This document shows positions 56,989-64,000 of a stretch of 64,000 nt of DNA, one piece after another. The notes beneath the pieces were generated by a model. The model had not been told where the DNA came from and searched no databases. It was given only the letters and a program-made list of their open reading frames with translations. The DNA comes from Pseudomonadota bacterium (GTDB taxonomy: Bacteria; Pseudomonadota; Alphaproteobacteria; CACIAM-22H2), in assembly GCA_041178225.1 (NCBI GenBank), contig JBEGVV010000086.1, positions 472-64,471 on the forward strand, given 5' to 3'. Positions within the stretch are counted from its first letter, which is position 1; every line of letters begins with the position of its first letter. The position numbers and the translations under genes were made by a program.

Positions 56989-57489
56989 TCACGGCAGTCG
57001 CGGCAGGACGACCCAGTAGAGGGCGCAGAGCCAGATCAGGGCCAGCGCCAGTCGCAATGCCGGCCGCGCGGCGCGCGGATCGCCCCCGAGCAGGGCCAGC
57101 GGACCCATGCAGAAGCGCCAGACCAGCGTGTCGAGCGACCTCGCCTCCGCGTAGATGGCGCTCTCCGCGCCATACACGCGGAACAGCGCGATGCGGAGCT
57201 TTCCCTGCACGGCGGGATCCGCGGTGGAAATGCCCTCGGAAAGAAGCGTGTCGCCCCCGAGCCGCGGGAACATCGCCTCGCTGAACCGCGCGTCGGCGAG
57301 TCCATGTCGCCGCAGCAACGCGCGTATGTCCTCGACCAGGACGGGATCGGCGGACGGGGACCAGATCGACTGGCGCAGCCGTGCCTCCGCGCGCATGAGC
57401 ACGTGGCGCGCGGCGAGGAATCGCCTGCGGGCGCGGACCAGCGCCGAGGCGTGGGCGATGATGGTCGCGAGGATCCAGAGCACGCTCAT
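56989..57489 (-). CDS. hypothetical membrane protein
   Basis: N- and C-terminal TM; ATGA overlap with upstream gene. Confidence 0.4.
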   Translation of the reverse strand: MSVLWILATIIAHASALVRARRRFLAARHVLMRAEARLRQSIWSPSADPVLVEDIRALLRRHGLADARFSEAMFPRLGGDTLLSEGISTADPAVQGKLRIALFRVYGAESAIYAEARSLDTLVWRFCMGPLALLGGDPRAARPALRLALALIWLCALYWVVLPRLP

Positions 57490-58037
57490 GGGGCGATCGT
57501 CCCCGCGGCCATGAGCCACGCGATCGCCACGAGCAGGAGCCAGCAGAACGCGTCGAATGCGTATTCCACCGCCGGCGGCGGATCGACGCCCAGGAAGCGG
57601 ATGATCGAGGACGGCGCGTTCAGGGGGTTGAGCGGGGAGCGATAGGCGCGAAGGTCCGCGGCGATCGCGCGGGTGCAGGCTGCCTCGAGGTCGAGCAGCC
57701 AGAGCTCGATCTCGACGGCGACGCGCGGGTTGCGCAGGAAGAAGTTGTCGACGAGGTCCAGCCGCCCGGTCCTGCCCTTGAGGCGGACGGTCAGGCGGCG
57801 GCGTCCCTCGCGCATGATCTCGTTCGCCCCGCGGTCGATCCGGTGCAGCTGGGCCGCGATCTCCGCGATCGCCCGGATGTCGCCCCCCTCGGCCTGCCAG
57901 GCCCGCGAGGCGGCGCGCAGCGCCCTGATGCTGCGTCGCAGCGCCCGGCGGTCGCGTATCGCCGAGAAGCGCGCCCAGACGAGCAGCGCGAGCGCGAGGA
58001 GGAGGAATATGTCGTCGGTCGCCGCGAGTGCCTGCAT
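57486..58037 (-). CDS. hypothetical membrane protein
   Basis: track ORF 57486..58052; TM at both ends. Confidence 0.4.
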   Translation of the reverse strand: MQALAATDDIFLLLALALLVWARFSAIRDRRALRRSIRALRAASRAWQAEGGDIRAIAEIAAQLHRIDRGANEIMREGRRRLTVRLKGRTGRLDLVDNFFLRNPRVAVEIELWLLDLEAACTRAIAADLRAYRSPLNPLNAPSSIIRFLGVDPPPAVEYAFDAFCWLLLVAIAWLMAAGTIAP

Positions 58038-58153
58038 GTCGCCCCGGTGCATCGTCTCCCCGGCGCTTTCACCACGGACCGTTCATTCGGACCGATCCGG
58101 ATCAGATGCCGGACCGGTGCATATCCCGCCCGCCTAGGATCCGCGCCGAGGCG

Positions 58154-59449
58154 ATGGGTTCAATGTGGAATTTCCTTTCCGGGCTCTTTGGCGGGCGCAA
58201 GCGCGGCGCGGCGTCGCCGCGCGCGGCGGCGGACGAGCCGTCGCCCGAACTCGTGCGCCTGGACGAGCTGGAGAAGCTCGAGGCCGCCACGCGCCACCTG
58301 ATCGAGCTCGATCGGGGACGGTATGAAGGGCGGCTCTTCGTCATGAGCCTCGACACCATCAGGCAACGCTACGGCAACACCTGGCGCTACATCGCCGAGA
58401 AGGCGCAGCGCACCGCCAGGACGCACATCACCCAGGCGCTCGGCCCGGGCGACGAGTGCACGCCGGTCGGGGACGTCGACTTCCTCGTTGCCATGCTTTC
58501 CGGCTCGAAGCGCGAGGCGCCGGCGCGGGCGCTGCGCATCGACCAGGGCGTCAGCTACGCCGTCACGGGCGAGGACCTCGGCATCCTCGGTGTATCCGCC
58601 AAGCAGGTGCAGGTCGCGGAGGACGGGGCGATCTCCTATCGCCCGCTGTCGCACGCGGACCTCGAGCGGGCCGAGGCCCAGCAGTCTCCGACCATCGACC
58701 TGGAGGCCGAACTCCTCGACGACGAGGAGGAGGACGACTCCTTCCCCACGATCGACGCGGTCCTCGAGGCGCTGGTGTTCCGCGTCGAGCCCATCGTGCG
58801 GCTAGCCGACGGCGTGGTCGCCTTCGAGCGCCTCGCCGCCTTCTCCCCGCCCCTCGGGTCGGACTCCGACGAGTGGACGATCATCGAGAACTTCCCCGAT
58901 CCGAAGGTCAGGGCGAAGATCGACCTGAAGTGCCTGAAGGCCTGCCGGGCGCAGCTCAGGCGCGTCGCCGCGCAGCGGTCGGGGCGCCGGGTGGTGGCGC
59001 CGGTGTTCTTCGAGACCCTGGCCAACAACTACACGCGCGGCCTCTTCCTCAAGATGGCGCAGAAGGTCCCCCAGCCGGCACGCAAGTCGCTGGTGTTCCA
59101 TGTCGGCGGCGTCCCCGCGGGCGTTGCCCAGTCGCGGCTCGCCGAACTCGGCTCGGTCGTGAAGCCCTTCTCGAGCGGCGCCTTCATCGGCCTGCCAGCC
59201 GACTTCTCGGGATTGGAGGCGCTGCGCGACCTCGTGCTCGTCGGCATAACGGCCGACGTCCCGGCTTTCGGGGACGCCAGCGAGCTGCTCTCGGCCGCCC
59301 ACGGCGCGGGCCTGCCGACATGGGTCTCCGGACTGCGCACGGACGAGGACAGGCAGCGCGCCTTGCTGCTCGGGGCTGCCTATGGGTCGGGCCCGCTCTA
59401 CCCGGCGGAAGTCCCGGCCGCGACCGAAGACGCCGACGCGGAGGCCTGA
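58154..59449 (+). CDS. hypothetical protein upstream of motA (possible degenerate EAL-like C-terminal region)
   Basis: Met43 of track ORF 58028..59449; acidic linker DDEEEDD; no confident domain. Confidence 0.45.
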   Translation: MGSMWNFLSGLFGGRKRGAASPRAAADEPSPELVRLDELEKLEAATRHLIELDRGRYEGRLFVMSLDTIRQRYGNTWRYIAEKAQRTARTHITQALGPGDECTPVGDVDFLVAMLSGSKREAPARALRIDQGVSYAVTGEDLGILGVSAKQVQVAEDGAISYRPLSHADLERAEAQQSPTIDLEAELLDDEEEDDSFPTIDAVLEALVFRVEPIVRLADGVVAFERLAAFSPPLGSDSDEWTIIENFPDPKVRAKIDLKCLKACRAQLRRVAAQRSGRRVVAPVFFETLANNYTRGLFLKMAQKVPQPARKSLVFHVGGVPAGVAQSRLAELGSVVKPFSSGAFIGLPADFSGLEALRDLVLVGITADVPAFGDASELLSAAHGAGLPTWVSGLRTDEDRQRALLLGAAYGSGPLYPAEVPAATEDADAEA

Positions 59450-59458
59450 GGCAGCGCC

Positions 59459-60307
59459 ATGTTCGTGGTCATCGGCATCGTCATCGTGCTCGTCTGCTGC
59501 CTGGGCAGCTACGTCGCCATGGGCGGGAAGCTCTCGGTCCTCAACCAGCCGCTCGAGTTCGTCATCATCCTGGGGTCCGGGATCGGGGCCTTCGTGGCGG
59601 GCAACCCGATGAGCATCATCAAGGGTTCCATCGGCGCGATGATCGCCGGCCTCAAGGGGCCGAAGATCAAGAAGGCGCACTACGTCGAGCTGCTGTCGAT
59701 GATGTTCGACCTCTTCAAGCTGGCCAAGCAGAAGGGGATGATGGCGCTCGAGCCGCATGTCGAGAAGCCGGAGTCGAGCGACATCTTCTCGAAGTACCCG
59801 CTCATCATGTCGGACCACCACATCGAGGAATTCATCCGCGACTACCTGCGCATGCTGACGCTCGGCACCGAGAAGGCGCACGAGCTGGAGGCCGTCATCG
59901 ACGCGGAACTCGAGTCGCACCACAAGGCCGACCACCTCTACTGCTCCGCCCTGCAGACCTTCGCGGACGCGCTGCCTGCGCTCGGCATCGTCGCCGCCGT
60001 CATGGGCGTCATCAAGACGATGGGCGCGATGGACCAGCCCCCGGCGGTGCTCGGCGGGCTGATCGGCGCGGCCCTGGTCGGCACCTTCGCCGGCGTGCTC
60101 CTGGCCTATGGCATCTTCGGTCCCATCGCCGCGGCGGCGAAGAACTCCCTCGAGGCCGACTCGCAGGTCTACAACGTCATCAAGGCCGGCATCCTCGCCT
60201 ACATGCAGGGCTATGCGCCGGCGGTCGCCATCGAGATGGCGCGCAAGACGGTCGAGGCGGGCGAGCGGCCATCCTTCTACGACCTGGAGGCGGCGCTTGG
60301 AAAATAA
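59459..60307 (+). CDS. motA: flagellar motor stator protein MotA
   Basis: 4 TM; conserved MotA cytoplasmic loop and C-terminal TM3-4 (ALPALGIVAAVMGVIKTMGA); 282 aa. Confidence 0.9.
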   Translation: MFVVIGIVIVLVCCLGSYVAMGGKLSVLNQPLEFVIILGSGIGAFVAGNPMSIIKGSIGAMIAGLKGPKIKKAHYVELLSMMFDLFKLAKQKGMMALEPHVEKPESSDIFSKYPLIMSDHHIEEFIRDYLRMLTLGTEKAHELEAVIDAELESHHKADHLYCSALQTFADALPALGIVAAVMGVIKTMGAMDQPPAVLGGLIGAALVGTFAGVLLAYGIFGPIAAAAKNSLEADSQVYNVIKAGILAYMQGYAPAVAIEMARKTVEAGERPSFYDLEAALGK

Positions 60308-60340
60308 CCGTCGCCGCGCCTCGATGGGGGACCTGGCCTG

Positions 60341-60934
60341 ATGTCGGCGCCAGCCAAGCAGCAGGACGCGGCCGCCGAGTCCGCAGAGGGCGAGCCGAAG
60401 AAGGGCTCGAAGCTCAAGCTCATCCTCGTCGTGCTCGTCGCGCTGCTCTTCGTGGCAGGCGGTGGCGTCGCCGCCGGCGTTTTCCTCCTGGGCATGAAGC
60501 TGCCCTTCATGAAGGCGCAGCAGGCCGAGGAGGGCGGCGAGGAAGGCGCGAAGGTCGACCCGAGGGAGGCGGAGCGGCGCGAGCAGGAAAAGCGCGACGC
60601 CGAGAAGGCCAAGCAGAAGGCGGCGGCGACCCGGAGCCTGTTCGTGCAGATCCCGCCGATCGTCGTCAACCTCGCCGACCGGGAGGCGAGGCGCTACGCG
60701 CGCGTCGTCCTGACCGTCGAGGTGGTGCTCCCGGAATCCGAGGTCGCGGTGAAGGAGAACATGCCGAAGGTCATCGACGCCTTCCAGATCTACGTCCGCT
60801 CGCTGACGGCCGAAAGCTTCGGGTCGATGGCCAGCATCCTGCAGGTCCGCCGCGAACTGCTCGCCAGGCTGAACCGCATCGATCCGCGCATCGACGCGCG
60901 GGCGGTGCTGTTCCAGGACCTGGTCGTCCAGTAG
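60341..60934 (+). CDS. fliL: flagellar basal-body-associated protein FliL
   Basis: single TM, FVQIPPIVVNLAD...RYARVVLTVEV FliL core. Confidence 0.8.
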   Translation: MSAPAKQQDAAAESAEGEPKKGSKLKLILVVLVALLFVAGGGVAAGVFLLGMKLPFMKAQQAEEGGEEGAKVDPREAERREQEKRDAEKAKQKAAATRSLFVQIPPIVVNLADREARRYARVVLTVEVVLPESEVAVKENMPKVIDAFQIYVRSLTAESFGSMASILQVRRELLARLNRIDPRIDARAVLFQDLVVQ

Positions 60935-60943
60935 GGGGCGAAG

Positions 60944-61960
60944 GTGAGCGATCTCGCGCCCGTCGAGCAGCAACCCGCCAGCGTGCAGTCGGCGCGCCCC
61001 GTCGTCCTGGTGGTCGACGACGACGTCGACACGGTGGAGGAGCTTTCCGACCTCGTCCGCTCCATGGGCTACCCCGTGCGCAAGGCCAGGGATCCCGGCC
61101 TCGCCCTGAACATGGTCGCCGAGTCACCGGACATCGGCGTCGTCCTCCTCGACCTGCGCATGCCGCGGCTCGACGGCCTCTCCCTCGCTACGCGCCTCGC
61201 GCGCGGCGGTACCGACGCGGCGCCGCAGTTCATCTTCATGTCGGGGCGCGCGACGATCGACGACACGATCGCCGCCGTTCGGCTCGACGCCGTCGATTTC
61301 CTGGTCAAGCCGGTCGCCCAGAAGGCGCTCGCCCGCGCCCTCGCGCGTGCCAACGACCTCATCGCGGGCAAGCGCCGCGACCTCCTGCGCAACGTCGAGA
61401 TCATGAGGTCCGTGGAGGCGGTGGCGAGCCATGCGATCAAGCTCGCGAACGAACTGTCGAGCATCGCGCCGCCCGCCGCGCGGCAGGAGTCGTCCGGCCC
61501 GGTCTTCACGCCGCGCGCGGCGCGCGCGCGCGGGCCAGCCAGCCAGCCGGGCGACCCGCAACCCGACGGTGGCGCCAGCGCGGCGCAACCGCCGATGGAC
61601 GGCGCGGACACGCGCGCGCGCAACGAGTTCCTGCGCAACCGGATAACGGCCCTGATCGCGGCGCGCCGCGCGCGCGCCAACTACTTCGACGCGTCGCTGT
61701 TCTCGGATCCCTGCTGGGACATGCTGCTCGACCTGATGAACGAACGGCTCGCGGGCAAGGAAGTCGCCGTGTCCAGCCTCTGCATCGCGGCGGGCGTGCC
61801 GCAGACGACGGGCCTGCGGCGCATCGACGACCTGATCCGCGCGGGCCTCCTCGTCCGTCGCGAGGACCCGCGGGATCGTCGCAGGGTGTTCGTCGACCTC
61901 GCCGACACCGCCGTCGAGCGGTTGAACCGCTACATGGACGAGATGAACACCCTGGGTTGA
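60944..61960 (+). CDS. response regulator: REC receiver domain + C-terminal MarR-type winged-helix DNA-binding domain
   Basis: VVLVVDDDVDT...phospho-acceptor Asp in VVLLDLRMPRLDG; C-terminal VSSLCIAAGVPQTTGLRRIDDLIRAGLLVRREDPRDRRRVFVDL (MarR DxR motif). Confidence 0.75.
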   Translation: MSDLAPVEQQPASVQSARPVVLVVDDDVDTVEELSDLVRSMGYPVRKARDPGLALNMVAESPDIGVVLLDLRMPRLDGLSLATRLARGGTDAAPQFIFMSGRATIDDTIAAVRLDAVDFLVKPVAQKALARALARANDLIAGKRRDLLRNVEIMRSVEAVASHAIKLANELSSIAPPAARQESSGPVFTPRAARARGPASQPGDPQPDGGASAAQPPMDGADTRARNEFLRNRITALIAARRARANYFDASLFSDPCWDMLLDLMNERLAGKEVAVSSLCIAAGVPQTTGLRRIDDLIRAGLLVRREDPRDRRRVFVDLADTAVERLNRYMDEMNTLG

Positions 61961-62098
61961 GGCGCGGCGGCGGGGCGGAATTTCGCCAATGGACCGTTTC
62001 GGACCATAATTCCGCGCCAATCTGGGCCTAGCATGGCCATTCTGTCGCAGCGGTCGCCGATCCGGGGACCGCCGCGCGCATCGGCTCATGGCCCCTGG

Positions 62099-62974
62099 AT
62101 GTCTCGGATGGAACCCACTCCCGCTCGCCGGCAGATTGGCGTCCTCGTCGCGGAGGACGATCCCGACCTGCGGCAGGAAATCGTCGATGGCCTGCGCGAC
62201 GCCGGGTTCCGCTGCCTCGCGGCCCCGGACGGCGCGGCGGCGCTCGAGGCATTGCGGCTGTGCAAGCAGCGCCTCGACGTCGTGCTCGCCGACATCTACA
62301 TGCCACGCCTCGGCGGCATCGGCCTGGTGGGCGCGATGGCGCGCGCCGACGACGTCGACCCCTGGGTCCGGACCATCCTGATGTCGGGGAAGGGCTCTCC
62401 CGAGATCATGCGCGAGAGCCTGCGGACCAACGCGATCGAGGTCCTTTCCAAGCCGGTCGACATGCCCGCGCTCGTCGCCGCCGTGGAGCGGGCGGGCGCG
62501 ATCGCGGCGGCGGCGCGCGCCAGGTTCAGGCCCGCGCAGGAGGCCGATGGCGGCCTCGCACCTGCCGCGGCCAGCGGCCAGGCCTCGCTCGGCTCCGACT
62601 TCCCCGTCCTGCTGGCCGAGCGCATCCGCCGCTTCATGGCCCTCGAGAGGGAGCGCTCCGAGGTCTTCGGGCGCGACCTGGTCGGCGCCCCCGCCTGGGA
62701 CATGCTGCTCGAGCTCCTCGACGCGAAGCTGCGCGGGCAGAGCGTGTCCGTCTCCAGCCTGTGCGTCGCCGTCGACACGCCGGCCACCACTGCCCTGCGC
62801 AGGATCGACGACCTGGTCGGCAGCGGGCTCGCGCGCCGGCGGCCGGATCCCGCGGACCGGCGGCGTGTCTTCGTCGAGCTCACCGACGAGGCGGTGGAGC
62901 GACTCGACCGCTTCCTGTCGAGGCGCAGCATCGCCGACGAGCGGCGCGGCGACCTCGCCATTCGGCGCGCATGA
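62099..62974 (+). CDS. paralogous response regulator: REC + MarR-type wHTH
   Basis: IGVLVAEDDPDL...VVLADIYMPRLGG; C-terminal VSSLCVAVDTPATTALRRIDDLVGSGLARRRPDPADRRRVFVEL. Confidence 0.75.
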   Translation: MSRMEPTPARRQIGVLVAEDDPDLRQEIVDGLRDAGFRCLAAPDGAAALEALRLCKQRLDVVLADIYMPRLGGIGLVGAMARADDVDPWVRTILMSGKGSPEIMRESLRTNAIEVLSKPVDMPALVAAVERAGAIAAAARARFRPAQEADGGLAPAAASGQASLGSDFPVLLAERIRRFMALERERSEVFGRDLVGAPAWDMLLELLDAKLRGQSVSVSSLCVAVDTPATTALRRIDDLVGSGLARRRPDPADRRRVFVELTDEAVERLDRFLSRRSIADERRGDLAIRRA

Positions 62975-63363
62975 TCGGCGGGCCGCACGCACCGGTCGCG
63001 ATGCCGGCGCGGCGCGTCCTCGTCGTCGACGACGACCCCGAGCAGCTGGACGAGCTCATGGAGATGTTCAGGGACGCAGGCATCTCCGCCGCCTCGGCGT
63101 GCGGCGCGACCGAGGCGATGGCGATGCTGTCGACCATGCGCCCGCAGCTCATGCTGGTGGACATCAAGATGCCGGGGATCGACGGCCTCAAGCTGGCGGA
63201 CTTCGCCCGTGCGATCGACCGGCGCATCATGATCGTCCTCATGTCCGGCGACTGGCATGCGGCCGAGAACTCGAGGGGCCGCGACGACGGGATCCTGGCG
63301 GTCGTCACCAAGCCGCTCGACCCGGCCTGGCTGGTGGAGACCGCGCGGGCATTGACGCACTAG
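62971..63363 (+). CDS. single-domain response regulator (CheY-like REC)
   Basis: ATGA overlap with previous gene; RVLVVDDDPEQ...LMLVDIKMPGIDG...TKP. Confidence 0.75.
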   Translation: MIGGPHAPVAMPARRVLVVDDDPEQLDELMEMFRDAGISAASACGATEAMAMLSTMRPQLMLVDIKMPGIDGLKLADFARAIDRRIMIVLMSGDWHAAENSRGRDDGILAVVTKPLDPAWLVETARALTH

Positions 63364-64000
63364 CCGCGATCCTGGCCCGGCGCCTCATGCCTTCGCATCT
63401 GGTACACGCGCACGAGTATCTGCGCGACCTCCGCGAAGCAGTCGTCGGGGATCGGCTCGTCCACGTCGACCTCGCGATAGAGCCGCCGGGCGACCGGTGG
63501 CACGCGCATGATGGGGACCGAAGCCCGCCAGGCGAGCCATCGCAGGCGCCGCGCGACCAGGCCCGCGCCCTTGGCGATGACGATGGGCGCGCCCATGCGC
63601 CCGGGTTCGTAGAGCAGCGCCACCGCGAAGTGGGTCGGGTTCACGACCATCACGTCGGCCTTCGCCAGCGGGTGCTTGCGGCTCGTCGTGCGGCGCTTGC
63701 GGCGGAGCTCTGCCAGCTTGCCCTTCACCTCCGGCCTGCCCTCGCTCTCCTTGAGTTCCTCCTTGAGCTCCTGGCGGGACATCCTCAGCTGGGCGCGGTT
63801 GGCCGTCCGCTTGACCAGCAGGTCGACGAGCGCGAAGGCGCCAAGCATGCCGAGCGCCAGCGGCAGCAGGACCAGGGTCGCCTCGAGGGCCAGCCTCCCG
63901 GCCTCGCGCGCGGTGGCGCCGACGCCAAGGGCGACATAGCCGCGGTGAAGGGCATGGAGCGCCAGGCCGAAGAGCAGCACCGCGGCAAGCAGCTTCGCCG
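63360..64000 (-). CDS. flhB: flagellar biosynthesis protein FlhB, C-terminal part (gene starts beyond window end)
   Basis: NPTH autocleavage motif (MVVNPTHFAVALLY), APIVIAKGAGLVARRLR; ORF continues past 64000. Confidence 0.85.
   Translation of the reverse strand, partial: AKLLAAVLLFGLALHALHRGYVALGVGATAREAGRLALEATLVLLPLALGMLGAFALVDLLVKRTANRAQLRMSRQELKEELKESEGRPEVKGKLAELRRKRRTTSRKHPLAKADVMVVNPTHFAVALLYEPGRMGAPIVIAKGAGLVARRLRWLAWRASVPIMRVPPVARRLYREVDVDEPIPDDCFAEVAQILVRVYQMRRHEAPGQDRG

Noticed and set aside
1-64000. Mobile elements, CRISPR arrays, tRNA/rRNA genes, a prophage or a low-GC island
   Set aside because: No transposase/integrase/recombinase-like ORF, no spaced direct-repeat array and no tRNA-like structure was noticed. 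GC content is uniformly high, so the cytochrome operon does not look recently acquired by composition. A proper tRNA/ncRNA scan was not possible by eye.

Overview
This is a 64-kb, very GC-rich (~72%) window. Coding is dense and there is frequent start/stop overlap (ATGA/GTGA), typical of an alphaproteobacterial chromosome. I saw no rRNA, tRNA, CRISPR array, IS element, transposase or integrase. From left to right the window holds four blocks. (1) 1–19.5 kb: catabolic and transport genes. These are a TPP-dependent enzyme plus an IlvD/EDD dehydratase, divergent from putA; an SDR; a flavoprotein dehydrogenase pair coupled to an FGGY kinase; a DctPQM TRAP transporter; an orphan family-1 solute-binding protein; and a NitT/TauT ABC transporter. 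(2) 19.7–26.4 kb: an envelope signalling module. It comprises a lipobox lipoprotein, a TPR + beta-barrel outer-membrane protein, a secreted FecR-domain protein, a stand-alone cNMP-binding protein and a CHASE2 class-III adenylate cyclase. (3) 26.4–36.1 kb: a tightly coupled seven-gene minus-strand operon. It encodes a tetraheme, a decaheme and a pentaheme c-type cytochrome, a NrfC/PsrB-like 4x[4Fe-4S] protein carrying N-terminal cyclic-nucleotide-binding domains, a haem-b-like membrane anchor, a ~500-aa outer-membrane beta-barrel and a membrane-anchored FNR-type FAD/NAD(P)/[2Fe-2S] reductase. I read this as a candidate, apparently undescribed, porin-cytochrome trans-envelope electron conduit that may be gated by cAMP from the neighbouring cyclase. 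(4) 36.2–39.8 kb holds small secreted, zinc-ribbon and CBS proteins. From 39.7 kb to the window end lies a flagellar/motility locus (fliF, fliG, fliJ, fliI, flgF, flgG, flgA, flgH, flgB, flgC, fliE, fliQ, fliM, motE-like, motB, motA, fliL, flhB) containing two tandem REC + MarR-type wHTH response regulators, a single-domain REC protein and a J-domain protein. Coordinates come from codon arithmetic on the supplied ORF track. All functional calls rest on motif and architecture recognition only; no searches were run.
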